Shown here one piece after another: positions 12,781 through 25,869 of a stretch of 64,000 nucleotides of DNA (within the stretch, counting starts at the first letter, position 1; each line of letters starts with the position of its first letter). This stretch comes from Camelus dromedarius (taxonomy: Eukaryota): positions 47,618,001-47,682,000 of the forward strand of contig NC_087447.1 of the NCBI RefSeq assembly GCF_036321535.1, written 5' to 3'. The notes under the pieces are model-generated. The model was not told the origin of the DNA, did no database searches, and saw only the letters and a list, made by a program, of their open reading frames with translations. Both the position numbers and the translations under genes were made by a program.

Positions 12781-14199
12781 CTAAAGAGAAAATAAAATAG
12801 TTTTAAGTTTTTAACAAGGTTAAAATTTCAATAATTGCATTTTAAAATCTGTAAGGTTTATTCTGCTGCTTTCCAAAAATGAGAAATCATCCAGCACTAT
12901 GTGGTCAAAGAGATGATAATTAATTTTTTTTTTCATTTTTAGATAACAGTTGTTACCCATATGTCCTATCCTATTTTCTCAAGGATCTAAATTTGGAAAG
13001 TACTAGTTTAGAAACTAGCCCAGATTTGGGGACTAGACAGTATGCACTATTTTAAGACTGCAAAAAGATAGTTATTACACGAAGTGCTATTCTTTCTAAT
13101 GGGGGGGGGGGTGCAACTAGGGAAGCACATTAGTCTCTCAGGTCTCTCCCAGCTCTAGAATTTTGTAGGTCTCCTAAAGTCTGTTTTACGGTGATTGCCA
13201 TCCACTAGGAAACTGTCAGATAACCTTATCCATAACACAAAGTAGTATTTTTATAATACTTCTTGCTGCGTTTTAAAGGAAGTTATATTATAATTACCAT
13301 CTTAACCAAGAAATTACCAAGAAAACAGGCTAGAAAGGAATTTATACAGAAGGGGAATTCTGATACAGAGAAAGTAGCAAAACAAATAACACCAAAAGAC
13401 AGCCATCTGAAAAGAATTCATTACATTATACCCTGGGAAAGAGTGGAGATCACCAACACTTGACAGTGCAGAGACCCATTTTCTACTTTGCTATACTGTT
13501 TACCCTTTATTCTTTCATTTGCAGTATATTACAGGTCATTAGCACCTCTGCCAGAGGATGGGAAGAAGAAGGTAAGTAAGTTTAAAGCAGCTCTGTGGCT
13601 ACAGCTTAGTAGTCTTGGGAAGAGTTTATTAAGGAGATGGAGAAAGTAGGGGGTGTATTTTGCATCTTATTTACCAGCACATCCCAGTTCTCTATTGCTC
13701 CCTTGCCCCTCCTTCAACAACCATTTACTGAGAGAGTTTACCAGGCCCAATGTTAAATGCAGAGGGAATACATAGTTGAATAAAGATGAATAAACAAAGT
13801 TAGTCAAGGAATTTATAATCTGGAAACCAGGAGAACCAAACAGGTTACACAATTAAAATACACAATGAAAGTATTTAGAAGGTAGTAGGGGAGCACAAAA
13901 GATGGTAATATTTAATCCAGACTGAAGAGGTGGGACAGGGTGAGGAGTGGTTGAGAAAATGTGGTCAGGGAAGGCTGGCTGAATAAACATATTCTCAAAG
14001 GGAAATGTGTTTTTTTCTTTTCCTGGATTCCAGTTTTAAGCTAGAATAGCCATGTCAGCTCTTGACACAGCCCTGAGAGCCCCACTAGTCACCATGCAGA
14101 AAAAAATCTAAGAGGATCATCCTTCTAATTGCCAAACCTTCTCAAGCACTAAAAATCTTCTTATTTTTCTTGAGGGGGAAATTTCAATCTTTTCAAAAT

Positions 14200-15870
14200 T
14201 TTAACTTTTTGTTATGGAAAATTTCAAACACATATAAAAGTAGAGATAACAGTATAATATATTCCCATGTACCCATCACCCAACTTCCAGAAACATCCCT
14301 TCGTGGCCAATCTTGTTTCGCTGATAAGCCCACCTACCTCTTCCACCCCCAATTATACTGAAGCAAGTCCCAGACATATCATTTCATCCATGAATATTTC
14401 AGTATATCTAAAAGACAAGGACTCTTTTAAAAACATACTCATATTAAAATTTACAACCAATATTGTAAAACAACCAGTAAGTGTTCAAATTCCTGTTCAA
14501 TATTTTTTAGTTTTTCAAATCAAGATCACAATAAGGCCCACACAGTGCAAATGGATGATGTTGCTTAGGTTTCTTTTTATATCTAAGTTTCTTCCTCTGT
14601 CTTACTCATCCCCCTTGCAACTTATTTGTTGAAGAAACTGAATTTTTGTTCTGTAGAGTTTCTCACAGCCTGAATTTTGTTGACAACATCCTTGTACTGT
14701 TCTGTTTCCTGTATGCCCTGTAAGTCGATGCTTGATTGCAATCAGGGTTTTGTTTTATTTTTATTTTTTGGCAAGGTGGTGTTTACTTCCAGGAGGAGGC
14801 TTGCCTCTGACTTGCCTGTTTTTGATATTAACAGCTGTAATGGGCTGAACTGTGGCCCTCCAAAAGACATGTCCAGGTCCTAATCCCTGGAACTTGTGAA
14901 CATTACCTTACTTGGAAAAAGGCCTTTTGCAGATTTAATTGTTAAGGATTTTGAGATAAGGAAATCATTCTGGATTCTGTGGTTGGGTCCAAATCTAATG
15001 ATAAGCGTCATTATAAAAGACATACAGAAGAAATCACAATCAGAAGAGGAGCCAATGAGACCATAGCGGCAGAGACTAGAGTAATGTGACTACAAACCAA
15101 AATGTCTGAAGCTACTACAATGGAGGAGGTTAAGAAACTGATTCTCCTCTAACATCTCTGGAGGGAGTGCAGCCTTGCTGATCCTTTGATTTCTCACTTT
15201 TGGCCCCTAGAACTCAGAGGGAATAAATTTCCGTTGATTTAACCCATCTAGTTTATGGTAATTTGTACAGCAGCTCTAGGAAACTAACAGAACAGACCTA
15301 TGATCATAAATGCCTAAATCCATTAGTGTTTGCAAAAACTAGAGATTTTTCTATCATTTTATCAAGGCATTCCATCATTCCTTTTTGATTTATTAAACTT
15401 TCCAGGTCATTTAGTTACCTTGAGGTATGGTTTGGATAAGGCAAGATAAATGCTTAATTCTTCCCTTTATTATCTAGTTTTCAAATCAAGTTGTTTCCCT
15501 AGCAACCTCCAAAGAATGACCAATTATAGCTTTAATGAGTTATTATTATGAAGTCATGAATTTAAAAATATTCAATGCGTTTTCATCAACTGCCATTATT
15601 CTCATTATTGATGTTAAATTACCCCATATTTGGCTAGCAAGATCACATCCTGAGTCTTTTTGAGATGATCTAGCAGCTTTGATAGTTTTGATAGCTTTCT
15701 TGGTTTCCATTATGAAAAATTATTTAAAGTTTAGCATAAATATTTCATGCCCCAGACCCAGAATCTGTGCTGTTGTCCCCAAAAGTGCCTCACCCCCTTT
15801 TTAAGACAGTGGGAGAAAGCACATTGAAAACAAGATCTGTACACTAGAGGTACTGGGTTAGTTACTGTCT
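14200..15870 (-). mobile_element. Old L1M 3'UTR relic, split by a MaLR LTR
   Basis: L1MC/ME-type terminus TTGTTATGGAAAATTTCAAACACATATAAAAGTAGAG; degenerate continuation after 15291. Confidence 0.6.
14836..15291 (+). mobile_element. MaLR solo LTR (MLT1C/D-like)
   Basis: Starts TGTAATGGGCTGAACTGTGGCCCTCCAAAAGA; has AATAAA; ends GCAGCTCTAGGAAACTAACA. Confidence 0.88.
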
Positions 15871-15889
15871 TTTCTCTCAAACAATTAAT

Positions 15890-16740
15890 TTTGAAAGGAA
15901 GTTGCAAAGGGGTCCTGTGCACCTCCCAATGCTGGCATCTTGCATAACTATATTATAGTGAATATCAAAACCGGGAAATCGACACTGGTACAAAGCATAA
16001 AGCTTATTTAGAGATCACCAGTTATACATGCACTTATTTGGGGTTGTGTATGTATAGCGGTCTATGCAATTTTATCATATGTGTAGCTTCATGTAACCAC
16101 CATCACAATCAAGTTACTTAACTGAGCCATCACCATATGACTCCCCTGTGCTACTCCATAATAACTGCATCTACTTTCCCCATCCCTAATTCCTGGCAAT
16201 TGCTAATCTGTTCTCTCTCTCTATAAATATGGTATTTCACAAATGGTACCTACTGGAACCATGCACCATATATCTTTCTGAGATTGCTGTTTTCACTCAG
16301 AATAATTTCCTTGAAGTTCATCCAATTTGTTGCATGTATCAACAGTTTGCTAGTTTTTAATGCTGAGTAGTATTCCATAGTGTGGTAGTACCACAGTTTG
16401 ATCCTTTATTCACTAAAGGTCATTTAAGCAGTTTCCAGTTTTTGGCTATTATGAATAAAGCTACTCTGAACATTTGTATGGAAGTTTTTGCGTGAAAATA
16501 AATTTTCATTTTCTCTGGGATATATGTCCAATCTCTCTGTAAAGGTGCTACTGAAAATAACTGACACACAACAAACTTGTACATATTTAAACTGTATACT
16601 TTCATAAATCTTAACTTACCTATACATCTATAAAAATATCACCATATTCAAGATAATGAACATATTCCTCACTCTCCAAAGTCTCCTCATCCCCCTTGGA
16701 CTCCTCCTCCCCCATCCCTTCCTGTTCCCCTCTGTCATTC
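15890..16740 (-). mobile_element. Old L1M 3' fragments
   Basis: Typical motifs GCTGAGTAGTATTCCAT, CAGTTTTTGGCTATTATGAATAAAGCT. Confidence 0.75.
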
Positions 16741-17831
16741 CTTGTGAAAAGTGGTATCAGGCCTTAAATCTCATTACTGATGTATCCTTCAGCAACTAGC
16801 ACAGTGACTCTGTCTAAAGTACCATTCAATAAACACCTCTATATCTACGACTGAGGTTAAATAAAACATTACCAACATTGTTGAAAATCCATATACCCTC
16901 TCTTTATCACATTCCCACCTTCCTTCCTTCTAAAGGAGTGTTCCTCAATCTTTTTCTGATGGTTTTAAATGTATCACCCCACTCCCCATTCCAGGGACCT
17001 TTTTAGACATATTTTTCCCCACCACCTTCTTCGATTAAATTATAATACCACATATATACTGTATACATGTGTGTGTATGTACTGTGGCCAACTGTGATAT
17101 CTAAGATTTTTTTTTTGCAAACTCCCCCTCAATATCCAGAAGCAGTTTTACTCCCTTAGGGAAATACTGGCCCCTCTAAGAGTGCATGCTCCTCTAGAGG
17201 CAATCACCCTACTGAATTTTATCATGCTCCTTGTTTGTTTTCCTTTTAACACTGTTATTATATTTGATGTATCTCAAGATGATACTGTTTTTTTGGATAT
17301 TTCTGAACCCTGTATAAATGGCATCTTAGTGTGTGTATTCTTCTGCAACTTGTTTTTTTGCTCAACATTATATTTGTGAATTTCATCCAGATTAATGCAT
17401 GTGCCTACAACCTTTCATTTTTATGTGCCTATAGATCTTTTGTTTTTACTGCTATATGGTATTTCATTATTCATCTTACTGTCAGTGGACAACTGGGTTA
17501 TTTCTAGCTTTTCCTACTCTTATAAAGGAGGTTGCTATGAACATTCTTTTAAAACTCTCCTAGTACACATGTGCCAAGAGTATCTAGCATATATTACTAG
17601 GAGTGGAACTGCTGGGTCATAAGCTAAGTGCATTTTTAAATTGACCAGATAATGTCAAATGTTTTTAAGTTGGATGTATCAATTTGTACCCTCCAGGAAA
17701 GTTCTAAGCCTCTGTTAATCTATATTCTCACCAACAATCATTCCTGTCTATTTTTGTCAATCTCATAAGTGTAAAACAGAATCTCGTGGTGACTATAATT
17801 TCCATTTCATTGATTAACAGTGAGTACAATC

Positions 17832-18215
17832 TGTATTAGTTTCCTAGGGCAGTCATAATGAAGTATCACCGACTAGGTAGCTCAAACAACATAAATTTGT
17901 TTCCTCACAGTTCTAGAGGCTAAAAGTCCAAAATCAAGGTTTGGCAGGTTGGTTTCTTCTGAGGGCCTCTCTTCTTGGCTTGTAGATGACCATCTTTTTC
18001 TGGTGTCTTCTTATGGTCTTCCATCTGTGCCTGTAGGTGTTCCAATCTCCTCTTATATGTATACCAGTCATACTGAATTAAAGCCCACACATATGACCTC
18101 ATTTTACCTTAATAACCTCTTTAAAGGCCCTTTATCCAAATACAGTAACATTTTGAGGTACCAGAGGTTAGGACTTCAACATATGAATTTTAGGGGGACA
18201 CAACTCAGCCTAAAA
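17832..18215 (-). mobile_element. MaLR solo LTR (MLT1A/B-like) inside an old L1ME-like relic (~17200-17830)
   Basis: TGTATTAGTTTCCTAGGG...CTCACAGTTCTAGAGGCT...GGGGACACAACTCAGCC. Confidence 0.88.
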
Positions 18216-18289
18216 AGGCACCTTTTTATATGGTAATAGCTATTTATATATTTTTTGAGGGCGAGGTAATTAGATATACCCTCCTCCCT

Positions 18290-20225
18290 ATAGTTTTTAC
18301 TCAGTGGGACACATGTTGTATGATGTATCAGCAGTTCATTCCTATTTTTGAACGAATAATATCCCACTGTATGGATACATTGTTATTTTATTTATCTAAT
18401 CATCAGCTGATCAACATTTAGGATGCTTCCAATTATTGGCTATTATGAATAACACTGCTGTGAACATTTACATATAAATTTTTGTTTAAACATTTGTTTT
18501 CAGTTTTCTTGAAGTGGAAGTGCCAAGTCATATGGTAACTCTGTGCTACACATTTTGAGGAAATAACAAACTGTTTTTCACAGTGTCTGCACCGTTCTAC
18601 ATTCCCACCAACAAAGTACGAGGGTTCTAATTTCTCCACATCCCTGCCAACACCTGCTATTTTGTGTGTGTGTGTTTAATTATTAATGCCATCCTAGTAG
18701 GTGGGAAGTGGTATTTCATTTTGGTTTTGATCTGCATTTCTCTAATGACTAATAGTTCTGAGGATCTTTTCATGTACTTATTTGGCCATTTGTACACTTT
18801 CTTTGGAGAGATGTTTATTCAAGTCCTTTGCCCACTTTAAAATCTGGTTGCTTGTCTTTCATGTGTTGAGTTGTAAGAGTTATGTATATATTCTGAATAT
18901 TAAATTCTTATCAGACACTTGGTTTGTAAATATTTTCTCCCCCTTTATGGGTTGTCTTTTTCACATTCTTGATAATGTTCTTTGACGCACAAAAGCTTCT
19001 AATTTGTTCAGTTATCTGTCTTTTGCTGTTGTTGTTGATTATGCTTTGATGCTAAATTTAAGAATAGATTGCCAAATCCAAGGTCATAAAGATTTACCTC
19101 TATGTTTTCTTCTATAGTTTTTTAGTTTAGGTTATTGATCCAGTTTGAGTTAATTTCTGTATATGGAGTGAGATAGGGGTTCAACTTTATTTTTTTGCAT
19201 GTGGTTATCCTGTTGTTTTACCACCTTTTGTTGAAGAGACTATTCTTTCTCCATCAAACCACTGTGACATCTTGCTGAAATCAACTTCAACAAACTGATG
19301 TTTGAGTTTATTTTGGACTCTCAATTCTTACTTAGTTTATACCTCTATCCTTATGTCAGTGCAGTAAGTTTTTAAATTGGGAAATGTAAATCTTCCAACT
19401 TTGTTTTTCCTTTTCAATGTTTCAGGGCCCTTTGCAGTTCCATATGATTTTGAGGACTGGCTTTTCCATTTCTTAAAAAAAAAAGGCCACTGGAATTTTG
19501 ATAGGAATTGCACTGAATCTTTGGATTTCTTTGGGGAATATTGAAATAGTAGTGATATGAAATCTTCCAATCCATAAACATTTATTACTTCCATTTATTT
19601 AGATCTTCTTTAATTTCCTTCAGCAAAATGTTTTGTAGTTTTTAATATACAAGCTTTCACCCTCTTCGTTAAATTTATTTCTAAGTATTTATTTTTCAAG
19701 GCTATTGTAGTCAGAATTGTTTTCTTAATTTTCTTTCAGCTCATTCATTGATTATAAGTACAGAAACACAACTAATTTTTGTGTTTTGATTCTGTACCTG
19801 CAACTTTTGCTGAATTTGTTTATTAGCTCTAGAACTTTTTGTAGATTCTACAGGATCTTCTATATACAATCATGTCATCTGCAAATAAAGATAATTTTTC
19901 TTTTTTCTTTCTAATTTGGATGCCTTCTATTTCTTTTTCTTGCCTAATTGCTCTGATTAGGACTTCCAGTTCAATGGTGAATAGTAGTGGTGAAAGTGGA
20001 CATCCTAGTGTTACTGATCTTAGGTGGGGAAAGCTTTGTGTCTTTTACTATTGAGTATGATATTCAATGTGGGTTTTTCATAAATGCCTTTTATCATGCT
20101 AAGGAAGTTCCATTCTATTCCTAATTTGCTGTGTGTTTTTATCACAAAAGAGTGTTGCATTTTGGGAAATGTTTTTTTCTGTGTCTTTTAAGATGATCAT
20201 GTGGTTTTTTTTCACCTTCATTTTA
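18290..20225 (-). mobile_element. Old LINE-1 ORF2 fragment (~1.9 kb)
   Basis: Degenerate ORF2 translations (19337..19594, 20099..20311, 18433..18639). Confidence 0.88.
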
Positions 20226-21359
20226 TTAAGTTTATCTTTTTGGTTGGTCTTTAAGGTATTAAGAATGACAGTACTAGACAATTTAATTTCCAAAGAAATA
20301 CAAAATAACACTGTTACTTTTGAATTGTTAGAAGAGTTGGGTTATGAATTGGAAGAATTTCCTATGCAGACAGAAAGCAAGCACACATAAACAAATGGTA
20401 AGGCCGGCAGAACTACCTTTGGAGTTACTACACTAGAGAAAGTATCTGTGACAACATCTGCTTCAGTTACACATACAAAGCATTTCATAAAATATTAAGG
20501 ATAAAAGCAAGCTTCATAAGTAATTAAAATTAAACAAAAATTCCTAGGGCCAGCTGTTTCCCTTTAGGGGATGAAAAATACAGAGAGCACCTTAAAATTT
20601 ACAATGTCAGTATAGATTACCCCCAAAATATCTTTCAGAACATGTACAGCTACAATTTTGATATGCGGAAAAAATGATTCTTCTCCCAAAAGACAAAATA
20701 ATAATGGTGTACAATAAAAACCAAGAGTTTCAAATTTCTTTTTTGATTATGAGATCACTAGGTTGCTTTCAGCAGTATAACAAGAGAAGCATAACAAGTT
20801 CTTCATAACAGAAAAGCACATGGCACAAAACTTGGAGGTGTGAGCTCTTCTGGTACTTGGAACAAAAGGGCATATCTCCTAGTTACATCATTCTTATTAA
20901 ATTTTTATTACTACTACTTTCAATCTAAACATAAGAGCATCTCACTTATTTCTCACCTCTGGGGAGCAAGATACTCTTATGAGTGAACAGAGGAAAATAA
21001 AAGCTTATCTCTGTGTCCAAATCAGTTTACACATTTTTAATTCATTTTCTATGAAAATAATATAAGCTAAAAATACAGACAGTAGTAGAGTATGGAAAAC
21101 ACTATGTGTGAGTGTGTGACCTTGGGCAAGCCACATATACTTCCTGAATCTGTTTTCCTCTCTATAAAATGAGCATGATAATACCATCCTCAGAGCATGT
21201 GCTTAAAAACTCCCAGAAAATTGGTAAGTGCTGTATAAAATAGTAGCTATTTTTGAAGCTTATGTTTTATTAACTACAGGTAGTATATTCAATCTTAACT
21301 ATTCTTAGAAAAAGAGATTTCAAAAAATTTTGTCAGGGGACAATCTCTCTGATAAAATC

Positions 21360-21980
21360 AGAAATGAAAAATGTCACCCTACTCCATACTCCAACACTTA
21401 ATGAAAACTGGAAAAACTCACTTCTAAATAAGTCATGGATTAATGAGAGGGAAAATGCAGAAACAATTAAAAAGCCCTACTTACATATCAGAGAATGCAG
21501 TAAAGTAGAAAGAGATAATTTTTTTAGCTTTAAGTGGATTTACTTGAAAACAAGAGATACTGAAAATATAGACCCTAATAGAAAAAAAAACTTGAAAAAG
21601 CATAAGAACAGAAACTAATAAAATAGGAAGAAATAATGAATATAAAGGCAGAAATTAAGGAAATAGAAAACAACACCGAGAAGTAGAGCAAAAGCTGGCT
21701 CTTGAAAAACATTAATAAAATAGACTGGTAAGTCTGATCAAAGTAAGAGAGAAAGCACAAACGATATTAAAAATGAAAAGGGACACAACTATGGAGGCAA
21801 ACAAATTTATGCCTTCAAATTCAATCAATGAAATGACGACTGTAAAACTAACAGTAAAGTGTAAGTTATCAAAATGTACTAAAAAAGAAACAGAAAACCT
21901 TAGTGGACCAATAAACACAATTAGATCACTAGTCAAAAATTAACCTCTCCATTAAAGGAACAAAACCAAAGTGTTTTTAG
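21360..21980 (+). mobile_element. Highly decayed L1 ORF2 (post-endonuclease region)
   Basis: A-rich; motif AAAAGCTGGCTCTTGAAAAACATTAATAAAATAGAC. Confidence 0.7.
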
Positions 21981-23242
21981 ATTTTTCTCCCCAACATTCT
22001 CTTACAGAAAATATCAAATGTATAAATATTAAAAAAAAAAGAATTGTCCAGAAACATCCACATACCCAACTACCTAGATTCTTCAGTTAACATTTGTCTA
22101 CATTTTCTTTCCCATAACTATGCATCTATCCATCCATCCTTCTTTCTATACATCAATCCTTTTATATCTTTTATTGGATCCCAGCGGAGGTAAAAATATG
22201 AGAATATAGAAATATGACAGGATTTCAAAGCATCAGACTAGTGATCTTTGTGTTTCCATATTAACTTAACATTTTAAATGTTTTTCTAAAAATAGAATTG
22301 GAGCTATGGCACACTGAAAACAAGAATAAGTACACACAGAGGCATTCAGGAAGGAGTCTGTGCCCCTTTTCTTTCTCATCTTTGGATACTGTCTTGTGAG
22401 ATGGATATCCTGATTCCTTTCCAAACAATTTTCTAAGGTATTAGCCAGTTCCCATTCTCCCTACCAAAAAGAGAATTGAACAGGATCTTTCAAAATAGCA
22501 GTTATAAAATGAATGCATTTTTATAAATGTATTCATTCAGTCAGGAAACATTTACTATGCACTTAATTTATCAGAAAGAAAATAAGATTTATTAATCACA
22601 GGGACAATTTATCTTCCAAAGGACAGTTTTTTTACTGCAAAAAATTTTAATCTGTCAGATCCTGAAGAAAATCAATTCCATTTATTTTCTCTATACACAG
22701 TATGACATGCCAGCAAAGTAGATGGACCTCAACACTTAAATGAAAAGATTTCTATAAAGAATGACAGCACAGAGAAGGCAAGTTAATTTTTTGAAAACAA
22801 GATATTATTTAAAAAACCCAAGATATATTATTAATTTCTTTGATTATAAAATGCTATTTATAATTTACCTTTTGTGCCACTTTATTATTCTTCACACTCT
22901 CACATGACCTTGTTGTTTTCCCACATGAATGAAATGAGTGTATTCAGATTAATTTGAGTGGAAGATAAAACTCTTAAGCCATTCTTCTCAAAAGCAACAT
23001 ACATGGCAATGGACTAATGTTCTAAGCTAGCCTGTATCATCACCTCCCTTTTTAACCTTCATACCAACTCAATCAAGGAGAACAAAATACCCTCTCACTT
23101 TGTTAGAAGGAATAATGTTTCTAGGAAATTTGTCCTTTAAAGCATTCTTCTAATGTCATTGTTACCTTCATTTTGTTTGTACGCAAAAACATTTTAGATT
23201 CTAAAATGGATAACATCACATATTGCATTAAAGGTAACTTGC

Positions 23243-23365
23243 CTTGCTGGAGGTTTCTAACAAAAACTGGAATGTGTTCTGCACAGCTTGGCATGTCTCT
23301 AGCTCAGTCCGACTGAAGGCTATTAAATAATCCTTCAGGTGATCATACACATTTCCATCAAGAGC
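23243..23365 (-). CDS. FCHSD2: FCHSD2 internal coding exon (~exon 9): ALDGNVYDHLKDYLIAFSRTELETCQAVQNTFQFLLETSSK
   Basis: Lies inside ORF 23228..23419. Acceptor taatacag|GCT, non-canonical donor AAG|gcaagt; 123 nt, phase 0/0. Confidence 0.95.
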
Positions 23366-24254
23366 CTGTATTAAGAGGAGTAAACAAAAGCAAAAAATTA
23401 TGATAAAGCTTTGATACATAATGCTTACTGTGTAAAAGGTAAGAGCAGTTTAAGATCTATTAAGAAAAAATTAATAAAAAATAAATATTGTTATGTAACA
23501 GTAAACATAAACCTTAAACAATCACTTGGGAAAATGTTGAATTTCTCTATTAATTAGGAACTTTTAAAAAAGGTAAACACCAATATTGGTAAGGCTGTGG
23601 TAACAGGATAAAACTTGGGAGACAAAATGCTTGGGTTCTGATCTTTGCTCATCTTCTTATTAGCTGTGTCAACTTCCATAGTTATTTTATAGGAACAGGT
23701 GTGGGAGTCGAATGAAATAATGGATATAGATGATCCAGGCACAGTGCCTAGAAGAGAACAGACATTCAACAAACATTAATCTCTTCTATTTTTTCTCATC
23801 CATTATTGGTAGGATTATAAATTAATATACTGGTACCATAGAACAGTCAGAGAGAAAACACAATAAAAATGGTTAAAAAAAAAAAAAGTGACTCAGAAAC
23901 CCTGTTTGGGGATAGAAACACCAATGTAATATCTACAAAGAGTTTTAAACATTCTTATTTTATAAACATTTAGAGCAAGACTCTTTGAAATTGGAAAAAA
24001 AAAAAGAAAAGAAAACCACTAAACATTTGAGAAACGATTAAGTTATGATATACATACTGACTAAAATATATACGGCACCAAGATAAAAGCTGTGGAAACT
24101 GTAGAGATGGAAATGTACTAAATAATTTCAGGTTAAAAAAAAAGTAGAGCAAATAGAATACATATGTACATACTAGTAACAAGTATAGGAAAATATATCA
24201 ATAATGATGATGATGATGATGGTTCTGGGCTCTTGCCAATCAATGAAGATTTTC

Positions 24255-25325
24255 TTAAAAATTGAAGTAAAATTCACACACCATAGAAGTCACCATTCTA
24301 ACTAACTATTCTAAAATGTACAATTTAGTGGCTTTTAGTACCTTTACAATGTGTATAACTAATACTACTATTTAATTTCAGGACATCTGCATCACCCCCG
24401 AAAGAAATTCCATACCCAATAAGTGATCATTCCTAATTCTCCCCTCCTCCTAGCCTCTAGCAACCACTAACCTACTTTTTATCTCTAGAAATTTGCCTAT
24501 TTTGGACATAAAAATGGAATCATATGATATGTGACCTTTGGTGCTTGTCTTTGTCATTTACCATGTTTTCAAAGTTCATCAAGGTATTAGTACTTCATTT
24601 TATTTTATTGTTGAATATTTCATTTTATGGATATACCACATTTTGTTTATCCATTCATTAGTTGGTGAACATTTGGGTTGTTCCCACTTCTTGGCTATTA
24701 TGGATAATGCTGCTATCTACATTTGTGTACAAGTTTCTGTTTAAACACCTGTTTCCAGTTCTCTTGGGTATTAGGTCTGCTGGGTCCTATGGTAATTTTA
24801 TGTCTAACTATGTGAGGAACTGACAATCTGTTTTCCACAGTGGCTGTATCATTTTGCATCCCTACCAGCAATGTATGAAGGTTTCAATTTCTCCACACCC
24901 TCATCAACACTTAATATTTTATGGGTTTTTAAAAAATTATTCACATCGTCCTAGTGTTATTGCTGTTTTGATTTGCACTTATCTAGTGACTAATGATGTT
25001 GAGTGTCTTTTCATGTGCTTATTGGTCATCTGTATATTTTCTTTCTTTGAAGAAATGTCTACTCAAGTCCTACACTCATTTTTTAATTGGGTTGTTTGCC
25101 CTTTTTTTTGTTGAGTTGTAAGAGTTCTTCATATATTTCGATACTTTTTATATATTTGGATACATATATCCTATTAGATATCTGATTTTCAGATATATTT
25201 TCCCATTTTGTGGGCTATCTTTTCACTTTATTAATAGTGTCCTTTGATGCATAAAATTTTTTAATTCTGTTGAGGTCTAATTTAGCTATTTTTTTCTTTG
25301 GTTTTAGTGTCATTTCTAAGAATCC
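24255..25325 (-). mobile_element. L1MB-like 3' end
   Basis: Motifs TGTACAATTTAGTGGCTTTTAGTA, GCAACCACTAACCTACTTT; ORF2 end. Confidence 0.88.
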
Positions 25326-25470
25326 TCGGTGGGGGTTTTATAGTAAGGAAATTATTTATATGTGTTACTTTGATTATTTCATTAAACTTTTACTATAAAA
25401 CTGACTTTAAAAAATACACAGCTTCTGTCCCAAAAACATTGAGTAATCTGCACATTCTAGAGAGTTTAAA

Positions 25471-25485
25471 CCACTAGATGGCACC
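25471..25485 (+). promoter_or_regulatory. CTCF core motif
   Basis: CCACTAGATGGCACC fits the CTCF consensus CCAC(T/C)AG(G/A)(T/G)GGC(A/G)C; lies in non-repetitive sequence. Binding is not demonstrable from sequence. Confidence 0.65.
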
Positions 25486-25739
25486 CTCAAGCACTTTAAA
25501 TATAGGTGGCGCAAATTCCTTAAGATTTCTTTCTGTGAGGTTATGTAATATCCCCAGAGACTGCTGGTGTTAAGTCTGAATAAAAATTCCTATCTTAGAA
25601 CATGCTTCTCATGAACATGTTAAAAAATGAGCATTTAGCTACTTCTGATAAAAACCTTTTGCCTTAGAAATGGTCTTGGTAGATGGTGATAACTTTGTGT
25701 TTTCAGGAAACCAATGGAACATTTTATTTAAACACAGCA

Positions 25740-25869
25740 AAGGGCAATGTAGGCATCATGAGCTCCCACCCTCAGAGTTTCTGATTCAGTAGGCTAGGGG
25801 TAGGACCTGAGAATCTGTATTTTCTAACAATTTGCTGCTGGTTTGGGTACCATACTTTGAGAACCACTG
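25740..25869. mobile_element. hAT-Charlie MITE (MER5-like)
   Basis: AGAGTTTCTGATTCAGTAGG...TACTTTGAGAACCACTG terminus. Confidence 0.8.

Noticed and set aside
23889..23896. Isolated AP-1-like TGACTCA sites (also ~50613)
   Set aside because: 7-mers are expected by chance in 64 kb and have no supporting context.
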